Shown: piece by piece, positions 1 to 9,097 of the stretch | How the letters are laid out: each line of letters starts with the position of its first letter | How positions within the stretch are numbered: position 1 is the stretch's first letter | Assembly (NCBI GenBank): GCA_026395315.1 | Contig: JAPLYY010000024.1 | Location: forward strand, 1-35,117 | Direction of reading: 5' to 3' | DNA length: 35,117 nucleotides | From: Candidatus Shapirobacteria bacterium | GTDB lineage: Bacteria; Patescibacteriota; Microgenomatia; UBA12405 | Program-made: the position numbers and the translations under genes | Notes under the pieces: model-generated | What the model saw: the letters and a program-made list of their open reading frames with translations, nothing else | Told to the model about the DNA's origin: nothing | Databases searched by the model: none

Positions 1-189
1 CATCGCTATCTGTTGATGATGTTGCGAGTATGATTTCAAACCTCTAATTCTTCGAGAGTAAACAGTTTACCAAAATCGAACACTTCGGGAGTCCTTACCT
101 TGTTATATAAACTGGAATATGGTAGGAATTGATAAAGTAGGTTTTAATGGAGTCAATGGTTCAATGCATTCACTCGGCGGTAGCCGAGC

Positions 190-326
190 AAAAATCGCGC
201 GCGCAAAAAATAAAAAATATTAGCGAGGCCGAAGGCCGAGCGAAGATGGCGCGGCGAGTGGCCGGCCGCACTCGCCGCGCCTACCTTTGTTTGAAATCAG
301 TTCGAATTTTTTCGAAAACACTCACC
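190..326. repeat. GC-rich recombinase-associated repeat element, copy A
   Basis: It starts with AAAAATCGCGCGCGCAAAAAATAA (190-213), the same motif as at 30521-30545 and in reverse at 26484-26508. It contains a 13-bp-stem GC hairpin (248-260/269-281). It ends with TTGAAATCAGTTCGAATTTTTTCGAAAAC (291-319), near-identical to 30616-30644. The stop codon of recombinase 297-1994 lies inside it. Confidence 0.75.
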
Positions 327-1994
327 AACTGGTACTGAAGCAGTACCAAAGTGGTGTTTTAGTCCTAAATACGGGGCTAATCTGGGGGTTCCAGAAGTTA
401 AATCTGAGTAGGTTGGCATACCATCAAAAATGAGTCCGAAAAAGGCTGCTCGTTTGAGTGGATTAGCCGTATCTATCAACAATTCTTCGAGGTGTTCCAG
501 AAAGTATCCAATGCGCTCCATGACGTTCTCCATATTAATGGTATAGATTTCCTTGGTTTTTTCTTTCTTCTCATGCTCCAGTTGTTCTATATCCGCCTCG
601 GCTTTTAATAGATCTGCCTCCATATATTTAATAGCAACCTCTGATGATAAAAACTTTATTTTATCGGCAGATGCCTGGGCTGATGCTTTTAGCTCCATAA
701 TTTTTTTATCAATTATCGATCCGTCCTGTATTTTGCTACCCACTCGTTCGTTCCATTTTGCTACAACATATTTTTTCAGATTGTCGATATATTCCTGATC
801 AAACTTTAAGTTTCTAACGAAATCTTCGACCGTCTGCTCTAGCTCTTTAGAAGAGACTCGGAAATAGTGTCCGCGCTTGTTGCAATGATAGGCTGGGTAA
901 TATGTTCCTAAATGACCTCGCGAGGCACTACCAAATAAGGGTTTATGACATTCGGGACACATAATGACGCGCTTGTATGGAAATTTTGGATTGTTAATAA
1001 GTTTCTTGGTCATCCAATCCGGCAATTTTTTCTTCCAGAGTTTTACATCGTCACCAGTTTGAGATAACACCAGTTTACCCTTATTGGCTTTATTAAAAGT
1101 ATCAATAGATATTAATCCTTCGAATTTGCCTTTGACGACTTGGCCCTCTGTCCATTTTTCATTATTTATACCGGCAAATATGGGATTTTGGATATAGCGC
1201 CAAAATTGTTTAATTCTTAGAGGTTTACTGCCTCGTTGTCCGATTACTTTTGTCCGATCGTTCGGGTCACGGACAAATTGTTTTCTCGATTTATAACCCA
1301 TCCGGTTAATCTCATCGACTATTTCCTGGTCAGACATAGTGCCCTGGCAACGTAGATCAAACATTTTTATAATCCATTGAGACTCTTCCGGATTGGGTTT
1401 AAGAATAACTCGTTTGCCATGGGGCGTCTCTATTTTCTCATTCACATATCCAAATGGCGGTTGTCTGACCCGATATCCCATACGGACATATCTGATTTCT
1501 GCTCCGATCATACGGGTCATGATATCCCGCATTTCATCTTTAGCTCGTTCTGCCTCAAGAATCTCTGACTTTTTCGTCGGACTATAAACACTCCATTTAT
1601 ACGAAATATTAAGATGTTCGAGAGTATTTACATCTTTGCTCCCAATAATGCCATAAATATCAACTAACTGAACCTTATGGTTTTCCAGCTGCATTTTAAG
1701 ATGGTCGTATAAGTAAGAGCCACCACGGGTAAAACGATCGATGGATTTAATAATAAATAGCTGAATGTTATTCTTCGGATTTTTACAGTAATCGATTGCC
1801 TCCTGAACCGGCTGTTCTTCTTTGGAGGCAGACTCCATGAAGATAAAGAACTTCTTAACTTTGATATTACGTGCCAAAGCAAACCGTTCTATCTGTTCCT
1901 TTTGGGCTTCCGGAGAATCACCTTCTAATCCTTGTTTAAGGGATGAAATACGTATTGCCGCGACTGCATTTTCTTGAACAGATGTTGGGTTCAT
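297..1994 (-). CDS. large serine recombinase (resolvase N-domain + recombinase domain + zinc ribbon)
   Basis: 565-aa ORF. The N-terminus AAIRISSLKQ carries the catalytic-Ser context, followed by SIDRFTRG. A central FGY-type recombinase domain is present, with a Cys pair CPECHKP...YHCN and a C-terminal coiled-coil. Confidence 0.9.
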   Translation of the reverse strand: MNPTSVQENAVAAIRISSLKQGLEGDSPEAQKEQIERFALARNIKVKKFFIFMESASKEEQPVQEAIDYCKNPKNNIQLFIIKSIDRFTRGGSYLYDHLKMQLENHKVQLVDIYGIIGSKDVNTLEHLNISYKWSVYSPTKKSEILEAERAKDEMRDIMTRMIGAEIRYVRMGYRVRQPPFGYVNEKIETPHGKRVILKPNPEESQWIIKMFDLRCQGTMSDQEIVDEINRMGYKSRKQFVRDPNDRTKVIGQRGSKPLRIKQFWRYIQNPIFAGINNEKWTEGQVVKGKFEGLISIDTFNKANKGKLVLSQTGDDVKLWKKKLPDWMTKKLINNPKFPYKRVIMCPECHKPLFGSASRGHLGTYYPAYHCNKRGHYFRVSSKELEQTVEDFVRNLKFDQEYIDNLKKYVVAKWNERVGSKIQDGSIIDKKIMELKASAQASADKIKFLSSEVAIKYMEADLLKAEADIEQLEHEKKEKTKEIYTINMENVMERIGYFLEHLEELLIDTANPLKRAAFFGLIFDGMPTYSDLTSGTPRLAPYLGLKHHFGTASVPVGECFRKNSN

Positions 1995-2143
1995 AGGTTG
2001 TTAGTTGTTTTAATATTCTCTTTTTCGATAATTCGATCGACGATGAGGTTGGCGATTATTTTTAGTCTCTCTTCTACGGATAATTGAGGACCATTTTGAG
2101 GTAAATTCTTCGATTCTTTTGCTTCTACTCTTATTCGTTTCAT
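1991..2143 (-). CDS. small hypothetical protein (50 aa) translationally coupled to the serine recombinase
   Basis: This ORF is not in the supplied track because it is under 60 aa. It translates as ATG...MKRIRVEAKESKNLPQNGPQLSVEERLKIIANLIVDRIIEKENIKTTNNL. Its TGA overlaps the recombinase ATG (ATGA overlap at 1991-1994). Confidence 0.4.
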   Translation of the reverse strand: MKRIRVEAKESKNLPQNGPQLSVEERLKIIANLIVDRIIEKENIKTTNNL

Positions 2144-2162
2144 AGCAGGTATTTATTACAAA

Positions 2163-2180
2163 CTATCACTATAGTGATAG
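2163..2180. promoter_or_regulatory. perfect 18-bp palindrome, candidate operator in a divergent intergenic region
   Basis: CTATCACTATAGTGATAG is its own reverse complement. It lies between the minus-strand small ORF/recombinase operon and the plus-strand coupling-ATPase gene. Confidence 0.5.
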
Positions 2181-2286
2181 TATAGCAAATACAATGCCGG
2201 TGTCAAGCTCTTTTCCTCAACTAAAACCCTTTGCGAAAACCTTGCCTCTGGAGTATCATTCGAGCAACATCGAATATGGTTACTAG

Positions 2287-4929
2287 ATGATGTTAGCTGC
2301 CCAAACACGGACAGCTATGTGGAAAAATAATATTGTTCTCAAAATCTTCCAGAAAGAATTTGTTTCTTACAGTCATTCTTTAAGTCCGTATTTTCTGTCT
2401 TTTTCTCATTTCATTGTTGTCTATCTGCCTTTTCTTATTTGGCTTGTTGTTGCGCTAACTATTTTCTGGATTTGTTACATCTCAGTTAGACTCTACCTGT
2501 TTTGGAAAGAATCAAACAAACCGGTCACGATATTTGAAGTAGTTCCTCCCACATTAACCGAACAGAGTTCGTTCACGACAACTCAACTGTTTACTTCTGT
2601 TCATGGGTTACTACGCCAGCGATCTTGGATACTCCGTTTATTCGATGTCACAAAGTCGTATGCTTTTGAAATTGTTTCAACAAAAGAAAAAGGTATTTGT
2701 TATATCCTGCGGGTTTCTGCTGATGATGCTCAAATCATCAAGAAAAATTTATTAGCATATTTACCTGGTATTCAGATCAAAGAAACGAATGACTATTTTA
2801 AAGACAATTGTGATCAAGGCCATGTCATTGATATCCATTTAACCAGACATTTCGCTTTCCCACTTAAAAAACAAGACAACCTTGAAGAATACGATCCGAT
2901 TGCCTATATCACCGGATCAATGACTAAACTGGTTGATGATGAAATGGTAGCTGTACAAACGATTGTATCGCCTATAAATAGGTCAACGGCGCACGTTATT
3001 GGACGGCTTCGGTCGCTTTTCCTCGGGGACAAAGATGTTCTTTCTGAATTACAAACGACTAATCCGTTAGGCTCTTTTTTGGTACCGATTATCCATTTGC
3101 TTCTGCAAATCTTATTATTTCCATTGGGCTTATTAATCTGGATAGTTACAGTTGGTCGGGAAGGGCCAATCCTGCCAATTATGTCCTTAAAAGGTCAATT
3201 ACCGGATAGCACTTACAGGGATATTGTTGAAACTCAAATCAAGCAAAAGATAGATCAACAATTGTTTACCGTTTCTTTACGGTTACTCACGGTTTCTAGT
3301 TCTTACTCAAACAAATCAAAAATTGAAAAAGGTTTTATTGCCGCGTTGTCTCCATTTACTAATGCAGGGTATCAATCACTTAGACCCAAAAGATATATCA
3401 AAATCAAAGCAGTAAACAAGATACTGCTTTGGCTCTATCAACATAGATTATTGGGTCTCAGTGGCAATTTGACGCTCTCTATGTCTGAGTTATCCGATCT
3501 CTATCATTTCCCCTATACCAGTACCACTAAAACCGAGAATCTTTCAAAATTACACAGCAAAGAATTACCAGCACCGTTATCCCTGAAACAAAAAACTGAG
3601 TGTGATCTGTATTTTGCCAAAAATACGTATGGAGGAACGGAAACGAAAATTGGATTAACGGTTGATGAACGCCGCCGCCATGTCTATATCTTGGGTGCTA
3701 CCGGTACAGGAAAATCCACAATGCTTCTGTCTATGATCCAGCAGGACATCGAGCACAATAAAGGGTTATGTGTGATCGATCCGCACGGAGATTTAATCGA
3801 ACAGGTCTTATCGGTTATTCCTAAATCGCACATTCCTGATGTGGTCTACTTTAACCCTGATGATATAAGTTTCCCGATGGGAATTAATTTATTAGAGTTA
3901 ACCCCAGGCTTGAATCCTGAAAACGCGGTCAGAGAACAGGAGTTTATTGCTGAAAGCATTATTTCAATTTTTCAAAAAATCTACACCGATAAATACTCAG
4001 GCCCGAGAATGGAATATATTTTGAGAAACACAATACATACTGCTTTTACTATTCCGGACGCAACACTCTTTACCATTTACAAACTTCTCATTAATACAGG
4101 CTTTAGAAAATCAGTGGTACGAAACTTAACCGACGAAAATCTTAAGGACTTTTGGAAGTATGAGTTTGCTAAAGCCGGAGATTATCAAAAAGTTAAAATG
4201 ATTTCGCCGATTACCAACAAGATTGGTCGTTTCCTATTTTCTCCAACTGCCAAACGGATTCTCGAACAGGGAAAATCCACCATTAATTTCGACACTATTC
4301 TTAATGACGGGAAAATACTTCTTTGCAATCTTTCGAAGGGCAAGATCGGAGAGGATAATTCCAGTGTCTTTGGAGTCCTCATTATGGCCAAGGTTCAGTT
4401 GGCTTCCTTAAAACGTGCCAGGATGAAGCAAGAAGAACGCAGGGATTTCTATTTATATGTTGACGAGTTCCAAAACTTTGCCACTCCGGCATTTGCTCAA
4501 ATTCTGTCCGAGGCCCGTAAGTATCGACTTGATGCCATATTAGCTCACCAAACAACTTCACAAATTGAAGACAACTCACTGGTAAATGTAACTCTGGCTA
4601 ATACGGGTACAGTAATCTGTTTCCGAACGGCTAATCCTGAAGATGAGCGGATGATATTGCCGCAATTTAGGCCATATATTGAACAGGGAGAAATTGCCAG
4701 CTTGCCCTCGTATCGTTTCTATATACGGCTTGGAGCTATGAATCCGGAAGAGCCGTTCTCAGGCATTACCGTTCCTGTTCATATCGAATACAGTCAAAAA
4801 CGGATAGATGAAGTCATTGAGTCTTCGCGCCATTTATATGCCAGGGAATGGAAAGAGGAATCTCCTAATACACCACCAATTAAAAGTGAGAAAAAAACAG
4901 CTTCACATTCAACAAGCCTCTTACCTTAG
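2287..4929 (+). CDS. type IV secretion coupling protein-like ATPase (VirD4/TraG/TraD family) with N-terminal membrane domain
   Basis: 880-aa ORF. Hydrophobic N-terminal segments are present. Walker A is GATGTGKST, followed by VIDPHGDL. Walker B is LYVDEFQNFAT, followed by ARKYRLDAILAHQTTSQ. Confidence 0.8.
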   Translation: MMLAAQTRTAMWKNNIVLKIFQKEFVSYSHSLSPYFLSFSHFIVVYLPFLIWLVVALTIFWICYISVRLYLFWKESNKPVTIFEVVPPTLTEQSSFTTTQLFTSVHGLLRQRSWILRLFDVTKSYAFEIVSTKEKGICYILRVSADDAQIIKKNLLAYLPGIQIKETNDYFKDNCDQGHVIDIHLTRHFAFPLKKQDNLEEYDPIAYITGSMTKLVDDEMVAVQTIVSPINRSTAHVIGRLRSLFLGDKDVLSELQTTNPLGSFLVPIIHLLLQILLFPLGLLIWIVTVGREGPILPIMSLKGQLPDSTYRDIVETQIKQKIDQQLFTVSLRLLTVSSSYSNKSKIEKGFIAALSPFTNAGYQSLRPKRYIKIKAVNKILLWLYQHRLLGLSGNLTLSMSELSDLYHFPYTSTTKTENLSKLHSKELPAPLSLKQKTECDLYFAKNTYGGTETKIGLTVDERRRHVYILGATGTGKSTMLLSMIQQDIEHNKGLCVIDPHGDLIEQVLSVIPKSHIPDVVYFNPDDISFPMGINLLELTPGLNPENAVREQEFIAESIISIFQKIYTDKYSGPRMEYILRNTIHTAFTIPDATLFTIYKLLINTGFRKSVVRNLTDENLKDFWKYEFAKAGDYQKVKMISPITNKIGRFLFSPTAKRILEQGKSTINFDTILNDGKILLCNLSKGKIGEDNSSVFGVLIMAKVQLASLKRARMKQEERRDFYLYVDEFQNFATPAFAQILSEARKYRLDAILAHQTTSQIEDNSLVNVTLANTGTVICFRTANPEDERMILPQFRPYIEQGEIASLPSYRFYIRLGAMNPEEPFSGITVPVHIEYSQKRIDEVIESSRHLYAREWKEESPNTPPIKSEKKTASHSTSLLP

Positions 4930-4966
4930 TAATGAAATATAAGACAGTTTATACTACAATCGATTT

Positions 4967-7078
4967 ATGTCAGAAGTAGATTCCCCAATAAAGTTAGAAC
5001 CTGTCTTTTTTGGTAAGGGAGAAGCGGCTTCTCATCTACATCTTTCAAATACACAACGGGAAGCGGTCAAGGCTATTACCCTGGGTATTACTGAAGTAGA
5101 TGAAGCGGTGAGAGCCCAAGCAGTTCCTGATATCATTAATACTCTTGAAAATGGTCATCCACTCAACCGCTTAATTACAGACCCTGAAGGTAAAACGATT
5201 GGCTATATTGCCTGCGAAGATTTTGTTCCTCAAGAAGCATATATAAAATACCTCGGAACAACAAGGAATTCAGGTCGAAGTCTACTTGAGGAAATACCTG
5301 CTTTCTTAAATTTTGCAAAAGATCATGGATACAAGAAACTTAATTTTCATGGTTGGAATGACCGATTAAATCATGTAATGGAACACTACGGTTTTAAAAA
5401 TACTCGGACTGATGCAATGGGAGGACATAATATAAATTATTATGAACGGTCACTACTTTCCCATAAAGGGAAACCGCTAGATGAGGGGCAATTTGAAAAA
5501 GAATACCAAAAGGTCATGAATATGGTTGAACCTGAGGAACGAAGTAAAAAGGAACGGGAAATTACTCGTGTGTTTCAGGAAGTAAGCGGCAGGCTTACAA
5601 GTTATGAAAAAACATTACCGAGAGAGAAACAAAGATTTGAATTTGGTCAGCGTCAGCAGGATATTTTAAAACTGAAACTCGCGCGCCATTTTCAAAACAG
5701 CGAAACCATTGACGCAAACACCCTCTATGACGCCATCATTGAAAGTCCAAAATTTATTGATAATGACAAAGGTTCCCTGAAGCACTTATTTGAAGTTCAT
5801 GAAGTGAAGACGTTACAAAAACTTGCCGAAGCACGCAAAAAATTGGCTGAAAGATCGGGAGATCAAAGTTTTAACCCGTATGAAAATTTATTTACCACCA
5901 CATCCGGCAAGTATTATATGGCAAGGCTTTTAAATATGCCCCATTTAGAGCAAGAGTCCGCATATCTGAAACACTGTGTAGGGACAAGTGATTCCTATAT
6001 TAATCAAATGAAACGGGGAGAAATTGAAATACTTTCTTTTAGAAATGTACCCAAATTTAATCCACTCACCCAGGAGCTTGAAGGTGATACCCCCATTTTT
6101 ACCATTGAGTATAATCTGAAAACAAATATAATTGAGCAAATTAAAGGCAGAAAAATGAGTGATCGTACAGAGCTGCTTATTTCTCCGAATGATGCTTACT
6201 TTAACGATATAATTGATGCATTAAAAACACTGCGGTCAACCAGAACAGATAACGGCAAGTTAAGAAATTTCACCGAGATTTCCCCAAGTGAATTACAAAA
6301 TATTCATGTTGATGTATATCAGGTCTTTACTGAAAATGGACCTGTTTCCTTTAGAGATTTCGACCCAGATTCTGGAGTGTTTGCCTTAAAGATGGGTAAG
6401 ATGTCGATTGACGCAACTATGTCTCATGAAGATGTTGCTAAAATTGTCAGACTGACAAAAGGAGTTAGGTGTTTACCAGAAGAAATTGCTCTGGCTCAAG
6501 AAGAAGTGTCTGCTCAAACCAAAGTGCTGTATGTCGATAAACTTTCTTCAAGGTTTTTTCAGTGGCTACCTGAAAATGTTGAACATGTCTACGACTCTTT
6601 TTCAGAAGGTAAAATTAGTAGAGAGAGTATAGTGGCTGGAGGTATAAGTGCGAAGGTACTGGTAACTGATATGAAACAAAAGGGAATGGAACCAAGCGAT
6701 TATGCCAAATCAATGATGGAAAATTCGGATTTTGTTACATTAAAGCAATCGGAAAAAATAGACTTAATTCATCTAACGGTTGGTGACATGGGTTTTACTG
6801 ATATACCAACGACCGATGAACTTTATCAGAGAGCTTTGGAGTTAGGTCTAGAACTTTGCCCACCAGAAGTTGGTCCAGCACTTCGTTTGAAAGATGAAAA
6901 TCAAGCAATGTGGAGTAGCTATTATATTGGAATGAAGCAAATTTCTGGCTCTGACGGCGGTCCGGACGTGTTCGAGGTCGGACGCGGTGGCGATACCCCG
7001 TGGTTGCGTAGCGTTTGGGCCTATCCGGGCTATCACTGGGCTCTCGACCGTGAGTTTGTCTTCCGTCTTCGCAAGTAA
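4967..7078 (+). CDS. DGR1 target protein, multidomain, with C-terminal variable region
   Basis: 703-aa ORF lying 37 nt downstream of the coupling ATPase. The last ~47 codons are the VR matching TR1. I saw no N-terminal signal peptide or TM segment. The N-terminal region is GNAT-like by eye. The central YLKHCVGTSDSY...GEIEILSFR is reminiscent of PcfJ-like proteins, but both domain calls are tentative. Confidence 0.85.
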   Translation: MSEVDSPIKLEPVFFGKGEAASHLHLSNTQREAVKAITLGITEVDEAVRAQAVPDIINTLENGHPLNRLITDPEGKTIGYIACEDFVPQEAYIKYLGTTRNSGRSLLEEIPAFLNFAKDHGYKKLNFHGWNDRLNHVMEHYGFKNTRTDAMGGHNINYYERSLLSHKGKPLDEGQFEKEYQKVMNMVEPEERSKKEREITRVFQEVSGRLTSYEKTLPREKQRFEFGQRQQDILKLKLARHFQNSETIDANTLYDAIIESPKFIDNDKGSLKHLFEVHEVKTLQKLAEARKKLAERSGDQSFNPYENLFTTTSGKYYMARLLNMPHLEQESAYLKHCVGTSDSYINQMKRGEIEILSFRNVPKFNPLTQELEGDTPIFTIEYNLKTNIIEQIKGRKMSDRTELLISPNDAYFNDIIDALKTLRSTRTDNGKLRNFTEISPSELQNIHVDVYQVFTENGPVSFRDFDPDSGVFALKMGKMSIDATMSHEDVAKIVRLTKGVRCLPEEIALAQEEVSAQTKVLYVDKLSSRFFQWLPENVEHVYDSFSEGKISRESIVAGGISAKVLVTDMKQKGMEPSDYAKSMMENSDFVTLKQSEKIDLIHLTVGDMGFTDIPTTDELYQRALELGLELCPPEVGPALRLKDENQAMWSSYYIGMKQISGSDGGPDVFEVGRGGDTPWLRSVWAYPGYHWALDREFVFRLRK

Positions 7079-7082
7079 CTTT
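6937..7082 (+). repeat. DGR1 variable repeat (VR1)
   Basis: It gives a 146-nt ungapped alignment to the reverse complement of 8521-8666. There are 27 differences, and 25 of them fall at positions that are A in the TR. The segment TGAGTTTGTCTTCCGTCTTCG near the 3' end is identical in both copies. Confidence 0.92.
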
Positions 7083-7114
7083 GACCCTTTGTTCCTTAGT
7101 TCCTCCTTTACTAC

Positions 7115-8212
7115 TTAGGGATTTTGATTCTTTGACTCTTTGTTCTCCTTGTCGCGAAGCGACTCAGTCATAATTTTTTGTGAGAGCTTGTATGTGTTCC
7201 CATGACGCAATAAACCCAAATATGAATTTAATGTTTCCAATGAGTTGTTTTGTCGCAGTCTTTTCAACATGTGGTGTTTGGTGGCCGTACGGAGAATTCG
7301 ATGATGACCAAAATGTACCCAACCTAAAAAATCAATTCCTGAGGCAAGCGTTTTGATAAAGACTTTTTTAGGATGAAGGGAAAGTTTTAAATTTGTTTCT
7401 AAATATTCGGAAAGTTTTGGAATAAGTTCTTCTAAGTATATTTTACTTTGACTAAAGATGAGAAAGTCGTCAGCATAGCGCAAATAATATTTCACTTTCA
7501 ATTTTCTTTTCACAAATTGATCGAATTGATTCATATAAATATTAACGAGAAGCTGACTGGTTAAATTGCCAAGAGGAAGCCCAACACTAAGTTTTCCAAC
7601 AGTTTCAAAACTATCAATGACTTGTTCCAGAAGCCACATGATATCAGGATCTTTAATGGATTCTTTTAAGATATTTTTGAGAACAGCGTGGTCAACACTG
7701 GCAAAAAATTTTCTAATATCACCCTTTAAAATCCAAGTGGTTTTCGTGTTATTTTGAGATGCCTTTCGTCCAAAACTTCTGGCTCTATCCATGGCCTTAT
7801 ATGTGCCCTTACCCATTCTGCAAGAATAGGAATCAAAGATAAATTGACGATCAAAATAAGGATAGAGACTACGGTGAAGAGCATGATGAACGATTCTATC
7901 GCGGAGACTTGCCTTGTGAATATCTCTTGGTTTGGGATCGCTTATTTTAAAAGCAAAATAGCCACCATGTCGATATGTTTTGGTAATCAAGTCTTCATAA
8001 AGAGAAATCAAATTATCGGAAAAATGTAAGATAAATGTAGCAACATCTTTTCTGTTCTTTTTTCCTCGTAAGAATTCCTGCCATGAGGTTAGTAAATTTT
8101 CAAAAGAAACGATATCATTATACCTATGGTTAAAACGCTTTCTTTTAGCAGCGCTTCGATTTTGATTAAAATCAAAGATGGATATTTGCTCTGGACGAGT
8201 ATTGTTTCTCAT
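7115..8212 (-). CDS. DGR1 reverse transcriptase
   Basis: 365-aa ORF. It carries LPLGNLTSQLLVNIYMNQFD (the DGR-type IGxxxSQ motif), the YADD box (LRYADDFLIF), LSLHPKK and GIDFLGW. It is adjacent to Avd and TR1. Confidence 0.9.
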   Translation of the reverse strand: MRNNTRPEQISIFDFNQNRSAAKRKRFNHRYNDIVSFENLLTSWQEFLRGKKNRKDVATFILHFSDNLISLYEDLITKTYRHGGYFAFKISDPKPRDIHKASLRDRIVHHALHRSLYPYFDRQFIFDSYSCRMGKGTYKAMDRARSFGRKASQNNTKTTWILKGDIRKFFASVDHAVLKNILKESIKDPDIMWLLEQVIDSFETVGKLSVGLPLGNLTSQLLVNIYMNQFDQFVKRKLKVKYYLRYADDFLIFSQSKIYLEELIPKLSEYLETNLKLSLHPKKVFIKTLASGIDFLGWVHFGHHRILRTATKHHMLKRLRQNNSLETLNSYLGLLRHGNTYKLSQKIMTESLRDKENKESKNQNP

Positions 8213-8509
8213 ATTCCTAAGTGTGCCCGATATACCATTGGTACACGAATTGAAAATAAATTTTTAGATCTTTTGGAACTTTCCTATCACACCTACTTTA
8301 CAGAGAAAGATAAAAAGATAGAAAAAATTACTGAATGTATCTCAATTCTAGATACCTTAAAATTTTTTATCTATATTTCTTGGGAGGCAAAATTTATTTC
8401 TCCTAAAAGTTATGAGTCAATGACGGTTATACTTGATACTGTTGGAAAAATGTTTGGTGGCTGGAAGAAAAGTTTGGAAATTTTAGAGAAGAAAAAAGAC
8501 ACCTCTTAG
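8126..8509 (+). CDS. avd: Avd-like four-helix-bundle accessory protein of DGR1 (start uncertain; TTG at 8162 gives 115 aa)
   Basis: The core DGYLLWTSIVSHIPKCARYTIGTRIENKFLDLLEL...MFGGWKKSL aligns by eye with Avd2 (YDFILWLYPIINRLPKNHCLIIGKTLEE...MLTGWIG). Its 5' end overlaps the RT1 5' end on the opposite strand. Confidence 0.7.
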   Translation: MVKTLSFSSASILIKIKDGYLLWTSIVSHIPKCARYTIGTRIENKFLDLLELSYHTYFTEKDKKIEKITECISILDTLKFFIYISWEAKFISPKSYESMTVILDTVGKMFGGWKKSLEILEKKKDTS

Positions 8510-8520
8510 GCGTACAAAAG

Positions 8521-8666
8521 AAAGATACTTTCGAAGACGGAAGACAAACTCATTGTCGAGATTCCAGTGATTGTCCGGATTGGCCCAATTGCTATTCAAC
8601 CACGGGGTGTCGTCATTGCGTTCGACCTTGAACACGTTCGGATTGCCGTCAGAGTCAGTTTTTTGT
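8521..8666 (-). repeat. DGR1 template repeat (TR1)
   Basis: Read on the minus strand it has nine AAY codons, and every one of them differs in VR1 (VR1 has G,D,G,R,V,Y,Y,A,R). It is on the same strand as RT1. Confidence 0.92.
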
Positions 8667-9004
8667 ATGAAGTGCCATCTTTGCCACTGTTCCCGGAAAA
8701 TGCCGAAGAACTGTATTGTATGTGTGATATAAAATCAACCAGCACTCCACACCAAGTATATTTCTTTAAAAGACAGGACTGTAAATCCTCTGTAGAAAGC
8801 CGTAACCATCTGCAATCTCAATTTCCAGCTGTCAGAAAGATCTCGAGAAGCCGTAACCGCTCAATATAATCTATCTAACGAAAGTATAACAGAAACATAT
8901 TGTGTATTTTGATCAATTATATAGATGATTATCAGACGATTTATGTCCTGGTTGGTTAGGAATTATTAAGTGGTATTTTTGGTTGATATCATCATGGTAA
9001 TCTT

Positions 9005-9022
9005 TTACCTACCGGTAGGTAA
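9005..9022. promoter_or_regulatory. perfect 18-bp palindrome, candidate oriT or operator upstream of the replication-relaxation gene
   Basis: TTACCTACCGGTAGGTAA is self-complementary. It lies in the 235-nt AT-rich intergenic region upstream of 9105. Confidence 0.4.
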
Positions 9023-9083
9023 TGAGATATTTTTATTTAGGCCGATAGATAGGGTTATTTATTTTTTACTTTTACTTCTTATT

Positions 9084-9097
9084 CCTTATATATAAGG
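9084..9097. promoter_or_regulatory. perfect 14-bp palindrome adjacent to the RBS of 9105-9914
   Basis: CCTTATATATAAGG is followed immediately by GGAGAGG and the ATG at 9105. Confidence 0.4.

Noticed and set aside
291-326. AGTTCGAATTTTTTC and related motifs considered as tRNA T-arm remnants, which would make them tRNA-derived att sites.
   Set aside because: No acceptor stem, anticodon arm or GGTTCGAATCC-type T-loop context can be built around any copy. I could fold no tRNA anywhere in the window.
7079-7150. Direct repeat CTTTGACCCTTTGTTCCTT (7079-7097) and CTTTGACTCTTTGTTCTCCTT (7130-7150), plus a GTCGC-GAA-GCGAC hairpin (7151-7163), downstream of VR1, considered as a DGR homing-enhancer structure.
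   Set aside because: The second copy and the hairpin lie inside the RT1 coding region (C-terminal KENKESKNQNP). The repeat is short and low-complexity, and its distance from the VR end is larger than in characterised cases. I noted it but did not call it.
6848-8869. Track ORFs 6848-7036 (-) and 8567-8869 (+) encode similar peptides (MIARIGPNATQPRG.. and MIVRIGPIAIQPRG..), which could suggest a paralogous gene pair.
   Set aside because: Both are antisense translations of VR1 and TR1 respectively. The DGR repeat explains the similarity, so they are not genes.
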